Below, in pieces: positions 56,097 through 64,000 of a stretch of DNA of 64,000 nt (the first letter of the stretch is position 1; each line of letters begins with the position of its first letter). The stretch lies in the IMG/VR virus record IMGVR_UViG_3300029989_000005. One strand, 5' to 3'. The position numbers were made by a program, and so were the translations under genes. The stretch is from a virus. Below the pieces are notes generated by a model. That model saw only the letters and a program-made list of their open reading frames with translations. It was not told the origin of the DNA and did not search any database.

Positions 56097-56423
56097 AGTT
56101 TATCATTTATATTTGAAAACCACCAAAGGTATCCAAGAGATATTCAGAAATATTCCAAATTTGCCGAGAAATATCAGACATATCTCAGAGGCTTTCCCTT
56201 GAATTCAAAGTTTTAAAGTTATGTCAGTAAGTGAGATAGGAAATGAGTTCAAGGAATATGGCAAAAAGTTTCAAAGAGATAGTAAGAGAGGTCAAATATA
56301 TGGACAATATGGGGGATATATATTATATACTATTATGTCAGTTGAAAATTATTAATACAGAGATAACAATACCAAGTCTGAATATCTTTAACATCTTTTA
56401 ACTTAATTATGATATATGTCAGT

Positions 56424-56654
56424 TCAAATAGTATATAAAAGTATTGTCCTGTCAAAATCATCTGCCATAATTATTGATGAACCTTTAGCCGATAGATTCC
56501 ACATAGTTATTCTTTCTATCATTTTTACTTGTGAGTTTATTTTATATGCCATTATCCCTACTCTGATGCATAATTCCTTAGTGGTAAAAGGTACTTCTAC
56601 CCCACTTATAATCAATATAAATTTAGTTATTGTCTTTGTTTTAGATTCAAGCAT
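56424..56654 (-). CDS. Hypothetical protein
   Basis: 76-aa ORF. Confidence 0.5.
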   Translation of the reverse strand: MLESKTKTITKFILIISGVEVPFTTKELCIRVGIMAYKINSQVKMIERITMWNLSAKGSSIIMADDFDRTILLYTI

Positions 56655-56657
56655 AAC

Positions 56658-57018
56658 TTAGTATTTTTTTTGATTTATTAAACCATTGAAACCGTTTAAT
56701 ATATTGAATGTGGGGATGAACTTACATTCAATATTTTTTATACATTTAAAAGTCATTGTTAATTTATCCCTATCTATGGAGAGTATTTTTAAATTAGGAC
56801 TTATAAATGACGAATTACAATATGAAAGTTCTGATAATGCTATACTTACCTGATTAAGTGAGGAATTCCAAGGGAATAAATATTGATTATTGTTGTAAGA
56901 TTTGGAAATTATTATAACGTTACATACTATTTTAGAACCTACTTTAATTTTTCTTACTTGAAAAACAGCCAAATCCGTGTCTATCAGATTTGGCAACATA
57001 TAAGCCATTATGATTCAT
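56658..57018 (-). pseudogene. Frameshifted SET-domain-like gene, paralog of 53219..53476
   Basis: ATG at 57018 gives MNHNGLYVAKSDRHGFGCFSSKK; one extra A in the run at 56948-56952 shifts the frame relative to IKVGSKIVCNVIII... Confidence 0.7.
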
Positions 57019-57029
57019 TAGTTTTTATA

Positions 57030-57239
57030 TTAAGCATTTATTTCGCACCAATCAGATGCACCTGTGATTAGATTTATAGCTATTTCTTGGTTATAAAATG
57101 TTAGAGGTATAAATCTCTTAATTGTGTTATTCCATCTTACAACCATATAACCACAATTATGATCAATCTTTATAAGTATTTCTTTATTATCATGCTTTTC
57201 ATCAGGTAATACACCATCGCCAATTCTATTCCATTTCAT
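57030..57239 (-). CDS. Hypothetical protein
   Basis: 69 aa; MKW...LP...W.EI. Confidence 0.55.
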   Translation of the reverse strand: MKWNRIGDGVLPDEKHDNKEILIKIDHNCGYMVVRWNNTIKRFIPLTFYNQEIAINLITGASDWCEINA

Positions 57240-57347
57240 ACATTATCCCTTTTAAGTCTAGCCTTATCTCTATCAGCTTTCATTTTGTCTTTAATGTTCT
57301 GAGGTAATGAATCTTGTGCTTTCTTATCAAAAGTTATACATTTCATA

Positions 57348-57545
57348 TTAAAAGTTATTAGGTAAGCTCCTTATAATCCAATTGGCAAATTCCTTATAGT
57401 TTATAATAGTTCGTTCTTCTTTACCATTATAATCCCTAGTCACAAGTGTATCTATATCGTACATTTGTGATTCTATTCTAACAAATTCCTTAGCTTTATT
57501 ACCCTTAAATTGTGCATATTGCCTATATAATCTTCTATCATTCAT
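57348..57545 (-). CDS. Hypothetical protein
   Basis: 65-aa ORF. Confidence 0.55.
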   Translation of the reverse strand: MNDRRLYRQYAQFKGNKAKEFVRIESQMYDIDTLVTRDYNGKEERTIINYKEFANWIIRSLPNNF

Positions 57546-57549
57546 AATT

Positions 57550-57741
57550 TTACTTAGTGTGAGAAAGTTTAATAGTTTGGTATCTTTTCAAAGTTTCAGT
57601 ATTAAATTCACCAGCTATATAAGATAATCTATTATCAACATCCACCTTTATCCATGAGGTTTCATCAGCCCATGTAGTAAATCTTTTACTTTCAAAATTC
57701 ATAGTTAAGCCCCTATTTTTAAGCATTATAAACATCATCAT
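57550..57741 (-). CDS. Hypothetical protein
   Basis: 63-aa ORF. Confidence 0.5.
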   Translation of the reverse strand: MMMFIMLKNRGLTMNFESKRFTTWADETSWIKVDVDNRLSYIAGEFNTETLKRYQTIKLSHTK

Positions 57742-57879
57742 AATATTCCTGTAAAGCTATCTTACAACTTTTGGCATCTCTACCCCAAGCTATATCAACA
57801 CCATCTATAGTACCAAAAAATGTTTCACCATGCTCACTATAAACCTGTAAGCAAGTTATGCCGTTTGGATACCATTCAT

Positions 57880-58071
57880 CTACTTTTTGTGACATGATTT
57901 CTTATAATTCTTAGATTTTACAAACATAAGTATTCCATTATATGCACTGTCGTTTGTATGATAACCATGACCAAATGCATCAATGAATGTATTACCATTG
58001 AGTCCTACTACTTTAAATCTATCCTCACCTTTGGAATTTATAAATGGAATAATTGATAATCTACTTGTCAT
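57880..58071 (-). CDS. Hypothetical protein
   Basis: 63-aa ORF. Confidence 0.55.
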   Translation of the reverse strand: MTSRLSIIPFINSKGEDRFKVVGLNGNTFIDAFGHGYHTNDSAYNGILMFVKSKNYKKSCHKK

Positions 58072-58119
58072 TATAATTAATGATTTTTATTAATGTGCTC
58101 TGAAACGAACTGTTGAAAT

Positions 58120-58311
58120 TCACCCCACATTATATTTCTTGAGTAATTCTGATATTCTTTTTTGCCTTGATTCATTTGCATTTATATCAGACATGCTCTT
58201 TAATATATCTGTTTTAGTTGCTGTACTTGATATTGCACTGACCATTTTCAAAAGCTCTACAAAATCATCGGTACTAACATTAGTTATATCTTTATTTTCT
58301 CCGTCTGCCAT
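58120..58311 (-). CDS. Hypothetical protein
   Basis: 63-aa ORF. Confidence 0.55.
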   Translation of the reverse strand: MADGENKDITNVSTDDFVELLKMVSAISSTATKTDILKSMSDINANESRQKRISELLKKYNVG

Positions 58312-58324
58312 AACATTTATGAAT

Positions 58325-58744
58325 TTAAATATTGATTGGGGGTATTACTGAAATGTCGAGGTAATATTGGGGGTCTTTAAAATATGTCATATCAGCAAAC
58401 CCACCACCGCTTAAGTACCCACCTCTAAAAATATTGATTACATAACATATACGACCATGAGGCTTATGGGTGAATACATCACCAACAATTGTGCCATCTG
58501 TATGCCTTGACTCATTGAATAAAGCTATTTCACCACCCATAAATTTAGCCATTTCCCCAATCATTAGCAAATGGGAATCTATTTCCTCTTGCCAAGGTAT
58601 TGCAATCAAGTCCATATCCCGATTCAATGAACCATGAATAACTAAATTATAACCATATCTTATAGCTATCTCCTTTAAAGGTTCAAAGTAAACAGCAAAC
58701 AAACTTGGTTTAGCGTGTATAGGTTTAGGTATTACTGTATCCAT
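58325..58744 (-). CDS. Nucleotidyltransferase-fold-like protein
   Basis: GYNLVIHGSLNRDMDLIAIPW...YLDISV (GS-x-DxD plus a third Asp). Confidence 0.55.
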   Translation of the reverse strand: MDTVIPKPIHAKPSLFAVYFEPLKEIAIRYGYNLVIHGSLNRDMDLIAIPWQEEIDSHLLMIGEMAKFMGGEIALFNESRHTDGTIVGDVFTHKPHGRICYVINIFRGGYLSGGGFADMTYFKDPQYYLDISVIPPINI

Positions 58745-58747
58745 AAG

Positions 58748-58972
58748 TCATTTATCCATTATTATTAAATTACCCATAAAAGTTCTCAAGTCTTGTAATA
58801 TATCTTTAAGATAATAAATGTTACTCCAATAATCATCTCCCTTATCTGAGTTTTGCCATTTATTAGACCTTTGACTATAAATCAGCTCACGTCTAGAAAT
58901 TTCATCCTCTAAAGGCTTATACACATCCTTGATACCTTTAATTACATCTACCTTTGCCATCTGTACATTCAC
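58748..58972 (-). CDS. Hypothetical protein (ATG at about 58960)
   Basis: RSNKWQNSDKGDDY motif. Confidence 0.55.
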   Translation of the reverse strand: MNVQMAKVDVIKGIKDVYKPLEDEISRRELIYSQRSNKWQNSDKGDDYWSNIYYLKDILQDLRTFMGNLIIMDK

Positions 58973-59189
58973 CTATTATGTCATATGGGGTAACTATTTC
59001 CTTGGCGGTAAAATCCCCATGTTTTATACATTTACCTGTATCCACGTTCCATGCACATGTAAATGGTTCTTTATGACCTAAGCAATCAATTAGATATCCT
59101 ATTGGATTTTCATCTATGAAAGTCATTATGAAAGCAGTCCAACCACCTTTAGTTTTGTATTTATGACCTGTTGTTATACCAAACTGCAT
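58938..59189 (-). CDS. Hypothetical protein
   Basis: 83-aa ORF. Confidence 0.55.
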   Translation of the reverse strand: MQFGITTGHKYKTKGGWTAFIMTFIDENPIGYLIDCLGHKEPFTCAWNVDTGKCIKHGDFTAKEIVTPYDIIGECTDGKGRCN

Positions 59190-59195
59190 AATTCA

Positions 59196-59378
59196 TTAAT
59201 AATTACGCTTGAGTTTGATGTATAATGCAAGCGTACATAAAGGAAATATTATACCACCTGTAGCAAGCATTACACAACCATCAACATGATCAGTAACCAC
59301 CATAATAAGTACACCAATCCAACATACAATTGCCATTAATACACCTTGCTTAATTTGTTTTTTTAATAATTCTTTCAT
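59196..59378 (-). CDS. Small membrane protein with two transmembrane segments
   Basis: Two hydrophobic helices. Confidence 0.6.
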   Translation of the reverse strand: MKELLKKQIKQGVLMAIVCWIGVLIMVVTDHVDGCVMLATGGIIFPLCTLALYIKLKRNY

Positions 59379-59848
59379 TTTTCGGATTTTTCTATTAAGT
59401 AAAATTCTAATATTCCGTGATAATCCAATTGATCAAATAATGGATAATCAAATATGTCTATATTATTAGGATTTGGGTCATGAACTATCCTGAATTCTTT
59501 ATCTATAATCACAGCATGAGTACAGGCTGATGATTTAGCTAAATCATCAGCCGTAAAAGAACTTGGGGAGTAAACAATACCTATGAACAATCCGCTAACA
59601 CCTTTATTATCTACTATTGTAGGCATTGAATCACCGCCATAGCAGCCTATTTGTCTTGGATTATATATAGTTCCTTTAAATTCATAACCTGAATCCATTA
59701 TAAACTTAAAAAGAACCTCGTACCATTCAGCACCATGAGATATGAAATGTGGTACTAGCTCTAAATCAATTTCTAGCAAACTTGCTGCAGCCGCTTGTAA
59801 GCAATTACCATTTCCCTTCTTAAAAATTGTTTGATATATTTTCTTCAT
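59375..59848 (-). CDS. Papain/C39-like Cys-His-Asp fold protein
   Basis: Q...GNCLQAAAASLL...HAVI...VHDPNP. Confidence 0.55.
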   Translation of the reverse strand: MKKIYQTIFKKGNGNCLQAAAASLLEIDLELVPHFISHGAEWYEVLFKFIMDSGYEFKGTIYNPRQIGCYGGDSMPTIVDNKGVSGLFIGIVYSPSSFTADDLAKSSACTHAVIIDKEFRIVHDPNPNNIDIFDYPLFDQLDYHGILEFYLIEKSEK

Positions 59849-60720
59849 TTGTTTTTATAATTTTGTAACAATTTTGCACATAAAGATTCAGGGGAATCAT
59901 GTAAATCAGTTACCAACATATCAAACACATCGATTTTGTATTCATCGTTATAAAGATTATGCAAATAATCTTTACCCTTTTTATTGACACCAACAATTTC
60001 CATTTCAATAATTTTATTATCATAAACAGTATAGCAAATATCATCCACATTAAAATGTGTTTTATATGGTATATTTGTATTAGATTCTCCATTAGGGGAT
60101 GCAGTATCATTACCATGCATAGGTGGAATATTGTCTTTAAATTCAGAGGTATTTACCTTATGTACATATTTACGTTTTTCTTTAATAGGTTGTATGAATT
60201 TTTCATTTAAATCAAGGAATACCTTAGGTTGTGTGTTGCTTGATATATGTATAGAATCTAAATCAAGTGGCTTTACCTTATGTACATATTTGCGTTTTAC
60301 TCTAAAAACTTGTTGCTTATCATTTTCGTTAAGGAATATCATTGGTGGTGAACTATTTAATTTATTATTCACGGTGTCGGTTTTATTATAATATTTACGA
60401 ACTTCGTATTTAACAAGCTTTGTATCAATAGCAACAGGTTCGAAATACTTAACCACATCACCAATTAATTTTGTATAATTTGGAGTTACAGAGGTTTTAG
60501 ACCTATATCTTATATTTCCACCATCATTAGATATTGCGAACTCATTACAATTACTCAAAACAAACATTATAGCCTCACTCCATGATTTATCCAATCCAAA
60601 CATATTATAGATTGGTGTTAAAGGATGATCTTTTACAGAAACCCACTCATTATCACAAAATTCAAATAAATGTTTAAATAAACTCCTTAAATTTTCTATT
60701 TTATTATCGGTATCAATCAT
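59845..60720 (-). CDS. Hypothetical protein with a repeated KRKYVHKV motif
   Basis: 291-aa ORF. Confidence 0.65.
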   Translation of the reverse strand: MIDTDNKIENLRSLFKHLFEFCDNEWVSVKDHPLTPIYNMFGLDKSWSEAIMFVLSNCNEFAISNDGGNIRYRSKTSVTPNYTKLIGDVVKYFEPVAIDTKLVKYEVRKYYNKTDTVNNKLNSSPPMIFLNENDKQQVFRVKRKYVHKVKPLDLDSIHISSNTQPKVFLDLNEKFIQPIKEKRKYVHKVNTSEFKDNIPPMHGNDTASPNGESNTNIPYKTHFNVDDICYTVYDNKIIEMEIVGVNKKGKDYLHNLYNDEYKIDVFDMLVTDLHDSPESLCAKLLQNYKNK

Positions 60721-60859
60721 ATCGGTAAAGTTTATTATATTAGGAAATTATTGCATTTATGCTTATATAGTTATCAATCTCATATGATTTATAATAAGGT
60801 GTACTTAAGTCTTCATAATATTTTGTAACTCTTAAATGTGCTAAGTAAAACATAAATAT

Positions 60860-61144
60860 TTACAATTGATTAAAATTATAATAGTGCTGTTCAACAGGGG
60901 TATCCAACAATATTGACATTATAAACGCTCTTTCCTCTTTAGTATAATGAACATGAGTATATCCATGCAGTACCCGCCAACGTAACCAATATGAATGTGA
61001 TTTCTTTTTGTCAAAAGGTGCTGTTCTATCATGATGACATACAGGACAACCATACATTTTAGGTGATGATGAATTACACTCAGGGCAAAAACCTAGCAGA
61101 TGTCTGCTGAACCAAACATGTAAATAGTAAAATGGATTATTCAT
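60860..61144 (-). CDS. Small zinc-finger protein
   Basis: CPEC and CPVC motifs. Confidence 0.55.
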   Translation of the reverse strand: MNNPFYYLHVWFSRHLLGFCPECNSSSPKMYGCPVCHHDRTAPFDKKKSHSYWLRWRVLHGYTHVHYTKEERAFIMSILLDTPVEQHYYNFNQL

Positions 61145-61195
61145 ATCAATTGTATTAGAGGTTTAATAATTTATATTTTTAATCAATTTATATTA

Positions 61196-61420
61196 TCACT
61201 TAAGATATTTCGATAGAACTATGAAATCATTTGGATATTTTGAATTACGACCATTTTTATAAAATCTTTCCTTATTTATAGGCAAAGATTTAGAACAGCT
61301 GTCTGTGCTTTCATCATTGTAATAACTTGTTTGGGACATACATTTTTCAATAGTAATCTCTATTTGTTGATCTAATAAAGATTTTAATTGATCTAAAGTA
61401 ATAGTTATAATTGCATCCAT
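61196..61420 (-). CDS. Hypothetical protein
   Basis: 74-aa ORF. Confidence 0.55.
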   Translation of the reverse strand: MDAIITITLDQLKSLLDQQIEITIEKCMSQTSYYNDESTDSCSKSLPINKERFYKNGRNSKYPNDFIVLSKYLK

Positions 61421-61483
61421 ATAAAGATTTTCCTTTTTATAATTGAAAACTTAAAAAGGTTTTAATAGGATTATAAGTACGAA

Positions 61484-61507
61484 AATTGAAGGAAAATATA
61501 TCGTGTG
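61484..61507 (+). repeat. Partial copy D of the dispersed element
   Basis: aattgaaggaaaatatatcgtgtg matches the 3' core of copies A-C. Confidence 0.55.
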
Positions 61508-61523
61508 ACCTTGGGTGACATAT

Positions 61524-61557
61524 AAAGAGGACTGAATGTATGTATTCAGTCCTCTTT
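61524..61557. terminator. Hairpin terminator
   Basis: aaagaggactgaat / attcagtcctcttt. Confidence 0.75.
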
Positions 61558-61572
61558 GCTTAATTAGCGTAT

Positions 61573-62001
61573 TTACTTCAATATTGATATTAAAACCAAA
61601 GTCAAAGCGGCAAGCCAACCCGTAATAGTAAAAATCATCGATGAATTCCTAGCAATATTAAGCTTTTTAATTTCATCATTATAAAAATTGACATTGGCTA
61701 TTTGCTTACCGAATTTTCTGACAAGTAAGTCTTTGGCTTTATAATTCACGAATTTAACTATCTTTCGTTTGTCATCGTCTGATATAGGAAATTTATTATC
61801 CCAATCCTTTACATAGCTACTTGCTTTAAAGGTTATATCACTATGATAGTTCTCTTGAACATCAAGTTCAATCTTTATTGCAAAAGTTCCATTTTCTTCA
61901 TAGAGTTCTTGAGCTTTCCTTTCTATATTTTTAATACTCAAGCTTGCAGATTCAACAAGAGTGTCATATTCTGATTTTCTTAATTGTACTATGGCTTCCA
62001 T
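61573..62001 (-). CDS. Protein with a C-terminal membrane anchor
   Basis: 142 aa with a C-terminal hydrophobic helix. Confidence 0.6.
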   Translation of the reverse strand: MEAIVQLRKSEYDTLVESASLSIKNIERKAQELYEENGTFAIKIELDVQENYHSDITFKASSYVKDWDNKFPISDDDKRKIVKFVNYKAKDLLVRKFGKQIANVNFYNDEIKKLNIARNSSMIFTITGWLAALTLVLISILK

Positions 62002-62022
62002 TGTTTATATATTTTAAAATTA

Positions 62023-62379
62023 TTATATACCTTTTGTAAAACATCCTTTAGATGGCAAACATATTTCCCCTGAATCCAACGGATAACAACAAGTACTGTG
62101 GCTTTCACATAATTTTATTTCTTCATCATCCACCAATTCAAAATGAGTATAATCATAAAAACCACACACCTCAGGAATAGAAACCATAAAATTATCTCCT
62201 TCCCCAACAGTTCCATTAACAACAACTATATCACCTTTTTTAAATATATGATGCTCAATAGACCTGCTTCTTGGATTGTCTTTTGTACATATAACTTTTT
62301 TCGGGTTTCCACGTGTATCATGGAATAGTTTTAGTTTTGGGTCATCTGATTCCAAACCAAAAAGACTTGTTATTGTCAT
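62023..62379 (-). CDS. Hypothetical protein
   Basis: 118-aa ORF. Confidence 0.6.
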   Translation of the reverse strand: MTITSLFGLESDDPKLKLFHDTRGNPKKVICTKDNPRSRSIEHHIFKKGDIVVVNGTVGEGDNFMVSIPEVCGFYDYTHFELVDDEEIKLCESHSTCCYPLDSGEICLPSKGCFTKGI

Positions 62380-62828
62380 AATTTTAATTTGTTTAACGAT
62401 TTAATCCAAACATTAAATATGTTAGTTATGAAAGATTTAAAATTCTCATAATCGTCGTTTTCCTCAATCCATACACGTTCATCGTTTTCAGAATCCCAAA
62501 GTGTCTTATCTCCAAATCCGAAAATGTCTGTATATCCATTTGTCATATAATAAAACTGATCACAGATTTCTCCATGTTTTTTATACATTTCCTGATTTAA
62601 TTCACAGGCAGCATCTATAAACATCAACTGCTGTTTTTTCCTGTCATTAGCTGTCAAGTGCACAATCATTTCAGCATCGACTTCCCTGAAACAATATTCT
62701 TTATACCAATTATTGTTATAATACTTATATTTATCAACACCCTTGTTGTATAAAACCACAACCCAATCATTAATTGGTATGTTATCCAAACTTAAGGCAT
62801 AAGCCCAATAATATCCGCTTTTTCTCAT
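62376..62828 (-). CDS. Hypothetical protein
   Basis: 150 aa, 4-bp overlaps with neighbours. Confidence 0.6.
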   Translation of the reverse strand: MRKSGYYWAYALSLDNIPINDWVVVLYNKGVDKYKYYNNNWYKEYCFREVDAEMIVHLTANDRKKQQLMFIDAACELNQEMYKKHGEICDQFYYMTNGYTDIFGFGDKTLWDSENDERVWIEENDDYENFKSFITNIFNVWIKSLNKLKL

Positions 62829-63043
62829 AATACTTTTAATTTATTTTGTGTATAGTCTTTTGCTAAATCTGTACATTCATCCAATGTATAACGAAAATAA
62901 AATTTATCAAAAATTTTAACAGATATTGTTTTGATATCATTTAACTCATTAATAGAAAATTCAAATTGATTTAAAAATTCAAATATTTTCCCTTGGACTT
63001 TTGTTGGAAATGTGCTTAATGACATATATTTTAATATTAACAA
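62825..63043 (-). CDS. Hypothetical protein
   Basis: 72-aa ORF. Confidence 0.5.
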   Translation of the reverse strand: MLILKYMSLSTFPTKVQGKIFEFLNQFEFSINELNDIKTISVKIFDKFYFRYTLDECTDLAKDYTQNKLKVL

Positions 63044-63360
63044 TCGGCTTCACATTTGGTTACCTTAACTAAGTAAATTATCCCCATGCTTTTTTTACAA
63101 AATTTCTTCTTTATTATTTTATATTCGAATATTGGACATCTTTGCCAAATAACCATAAGTTCCTGTTCAATATCGATATTTCCATGAATTCCATTTAATA
63201 CCTCTTCTTCGGTAAATACAAAAGCATATGTAAGATTGTAGCTTTTGCATGGGATATAAAATTTACGAGATATTTTAATGGGATTATCATCATGATTATC
63301 ATCAAATTTTCCATATTTATAATCAGGTTCTTGTCTAAATTTTTTATGAAATATTTCCAT
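63037..63360 (-). CDS. Hypothetical protein
   Basis: 107-aa ORF. Confidence 0.55.
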   Translation of the reverse strand: MEIFHKKFRQEPDYKYGKFDDNHDDNPIKISRKFYIPCKSYNLTYAFVFTEEEVLNGIHGNIDIEQELMVIWQRCPIFEYKIIKKKFCKKSMGIIYLVKVTKCEADC

Positions 63361-63581
63361 GCCTTATAATATTTTAAAAGATTGATTGTTAAAATCCAAC
63401 TCAACTGTTTCTCCCTCTTTAATTGATGAAAGTGTACATGCTTCAAAACTTGGACTATCAGGGAAATTTTCGGACTCGTTATCAACTACCTTTTTTAGCT
63501 CCTCAAAAGTATAAGTAACCGTTGATTCATCTTCATTTATATATCACATAATTTTTAATTTTAAGTAACACAAGTGTGATT

Positions 63582-63779
63582 TTATTTTATTTTACGTGTT
63601 TCGGAATAAGGATAAATTTTATCAAGAGTTTCAATATAACCACATTTTGGTGTATTACATTTGTGTTGGTAATATAGTCCAATAAATTTTTTACCTGTTG
63701 GTCTTAGTCTTCCTATAATACATCTAGGACATCGATAGTCTGCATCAACTGTCTGTATTATATTTTCTATTTTAGACAT
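63582..63779 (-). CDS. Small zinc-ribbon protein
   Basis: CPRC...HKC...CGY. Confidence 0.55.
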   Translation of the reverse strand: MSKIENIIQTVDADYRCPRCIIGRLRPTGKKFIGLYYQHKCNTPKCGYIETLDKIYPYSETRKIK

Positions 63780-64000
63780 TATCCTCGTAAATTAAGTTAA
63801 ATTCTTCCTTAATATATTGCTTCTCTTCAATGAAGGTGTCTGAAATATCACCTTGAAACACATCACAGCCTATTATATTATCATCACCATCACCAACCCC
63901 GAATCGTATTCTTGATTCACAGTCAGGATAATTACAATTACAATAATTACATAAATTATCGGTTTTGTCCTCTAATTCAAATGCTTTAATTTGGCTATTA

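Noticed and set aside
3881-61507. CRISPR array interpretation of the dispersed repeats
   Set aside because: Copies are kilobases apart, degenerate and without spacers; no cas genes are present
1-64000. Stop-codon reassignment (alternative genetic code) as in some Bacteroidota phages
   Set aside because: Core genes are full length in the standard code, and TAA, TAG and TGA all end genes
1-64000. Integrase, transposase, group I/II intron or intein
   Set aside because: No recognisable motifs; the helicase, primase, clamp loader and thyX genes appear uninterrupted

Overview
This window is 64 kb of a large, AT-rich, T4-like (myovirus, jumbo-type) bacteriophage genome read in the standard genetic code. 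The host is probably Bacteroidota, inferred from AT-rich leaders without Shine-Dalgarno sequences, a KNWKT...AKD-type holin, a Fib_succ_major (FISUMP) domain and a lipobox peptide. Virion genes: major capsid protein, prohead protease fused to a scaffold, tail sheath, a tube-like protein, gp5/gp25/gp26/gp51-like baseplate genes, three large structural proteins and a GroES-like co-chaperonin. Lysis genes: a putative endolysin and a holin. Replication and recombination genes: primase, SF1 helicase, clamp loader subunits, RNase H/5'-3' exonuclease and RuvC. Nucleotide and DNA-modification genes: ThyX, an HD nucleotidase, three DNA methyltransferases and an ABC-ATPase-GNAT fusion. A long minus-strand accessory region runs from about 50.5 kb to the end. 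The most notable observations are: (1) a duplicated ~125-bp regulatory cassette with a sigma54-type -24/-12 promoter and upstream TGTCA-N3-TGACA palindromes; (2) a family of small genes with a shared MKKLKIFE-type N-terminus that matches the xxE(S/A) motifs of the capsid and scaffold proteins, suggesting a capsid-targeting signal for packaged and injected cargo, supported by a shared late-promoter motif TAAATAATHAAAA; (3) a 159-nt tRNA-like RNA with a structured ~75-nt insertion and an upstream 15-nt antisense element; (4) a dispersed, non-palindromic 44-46-bp intergenic element; (5) a circularly permuted FISUMP domain inserted into a virion protein; (6) a nested 112-nt hairpin upstream of thyX. 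All functional calls come from motif recognition by eye; no database search was run.
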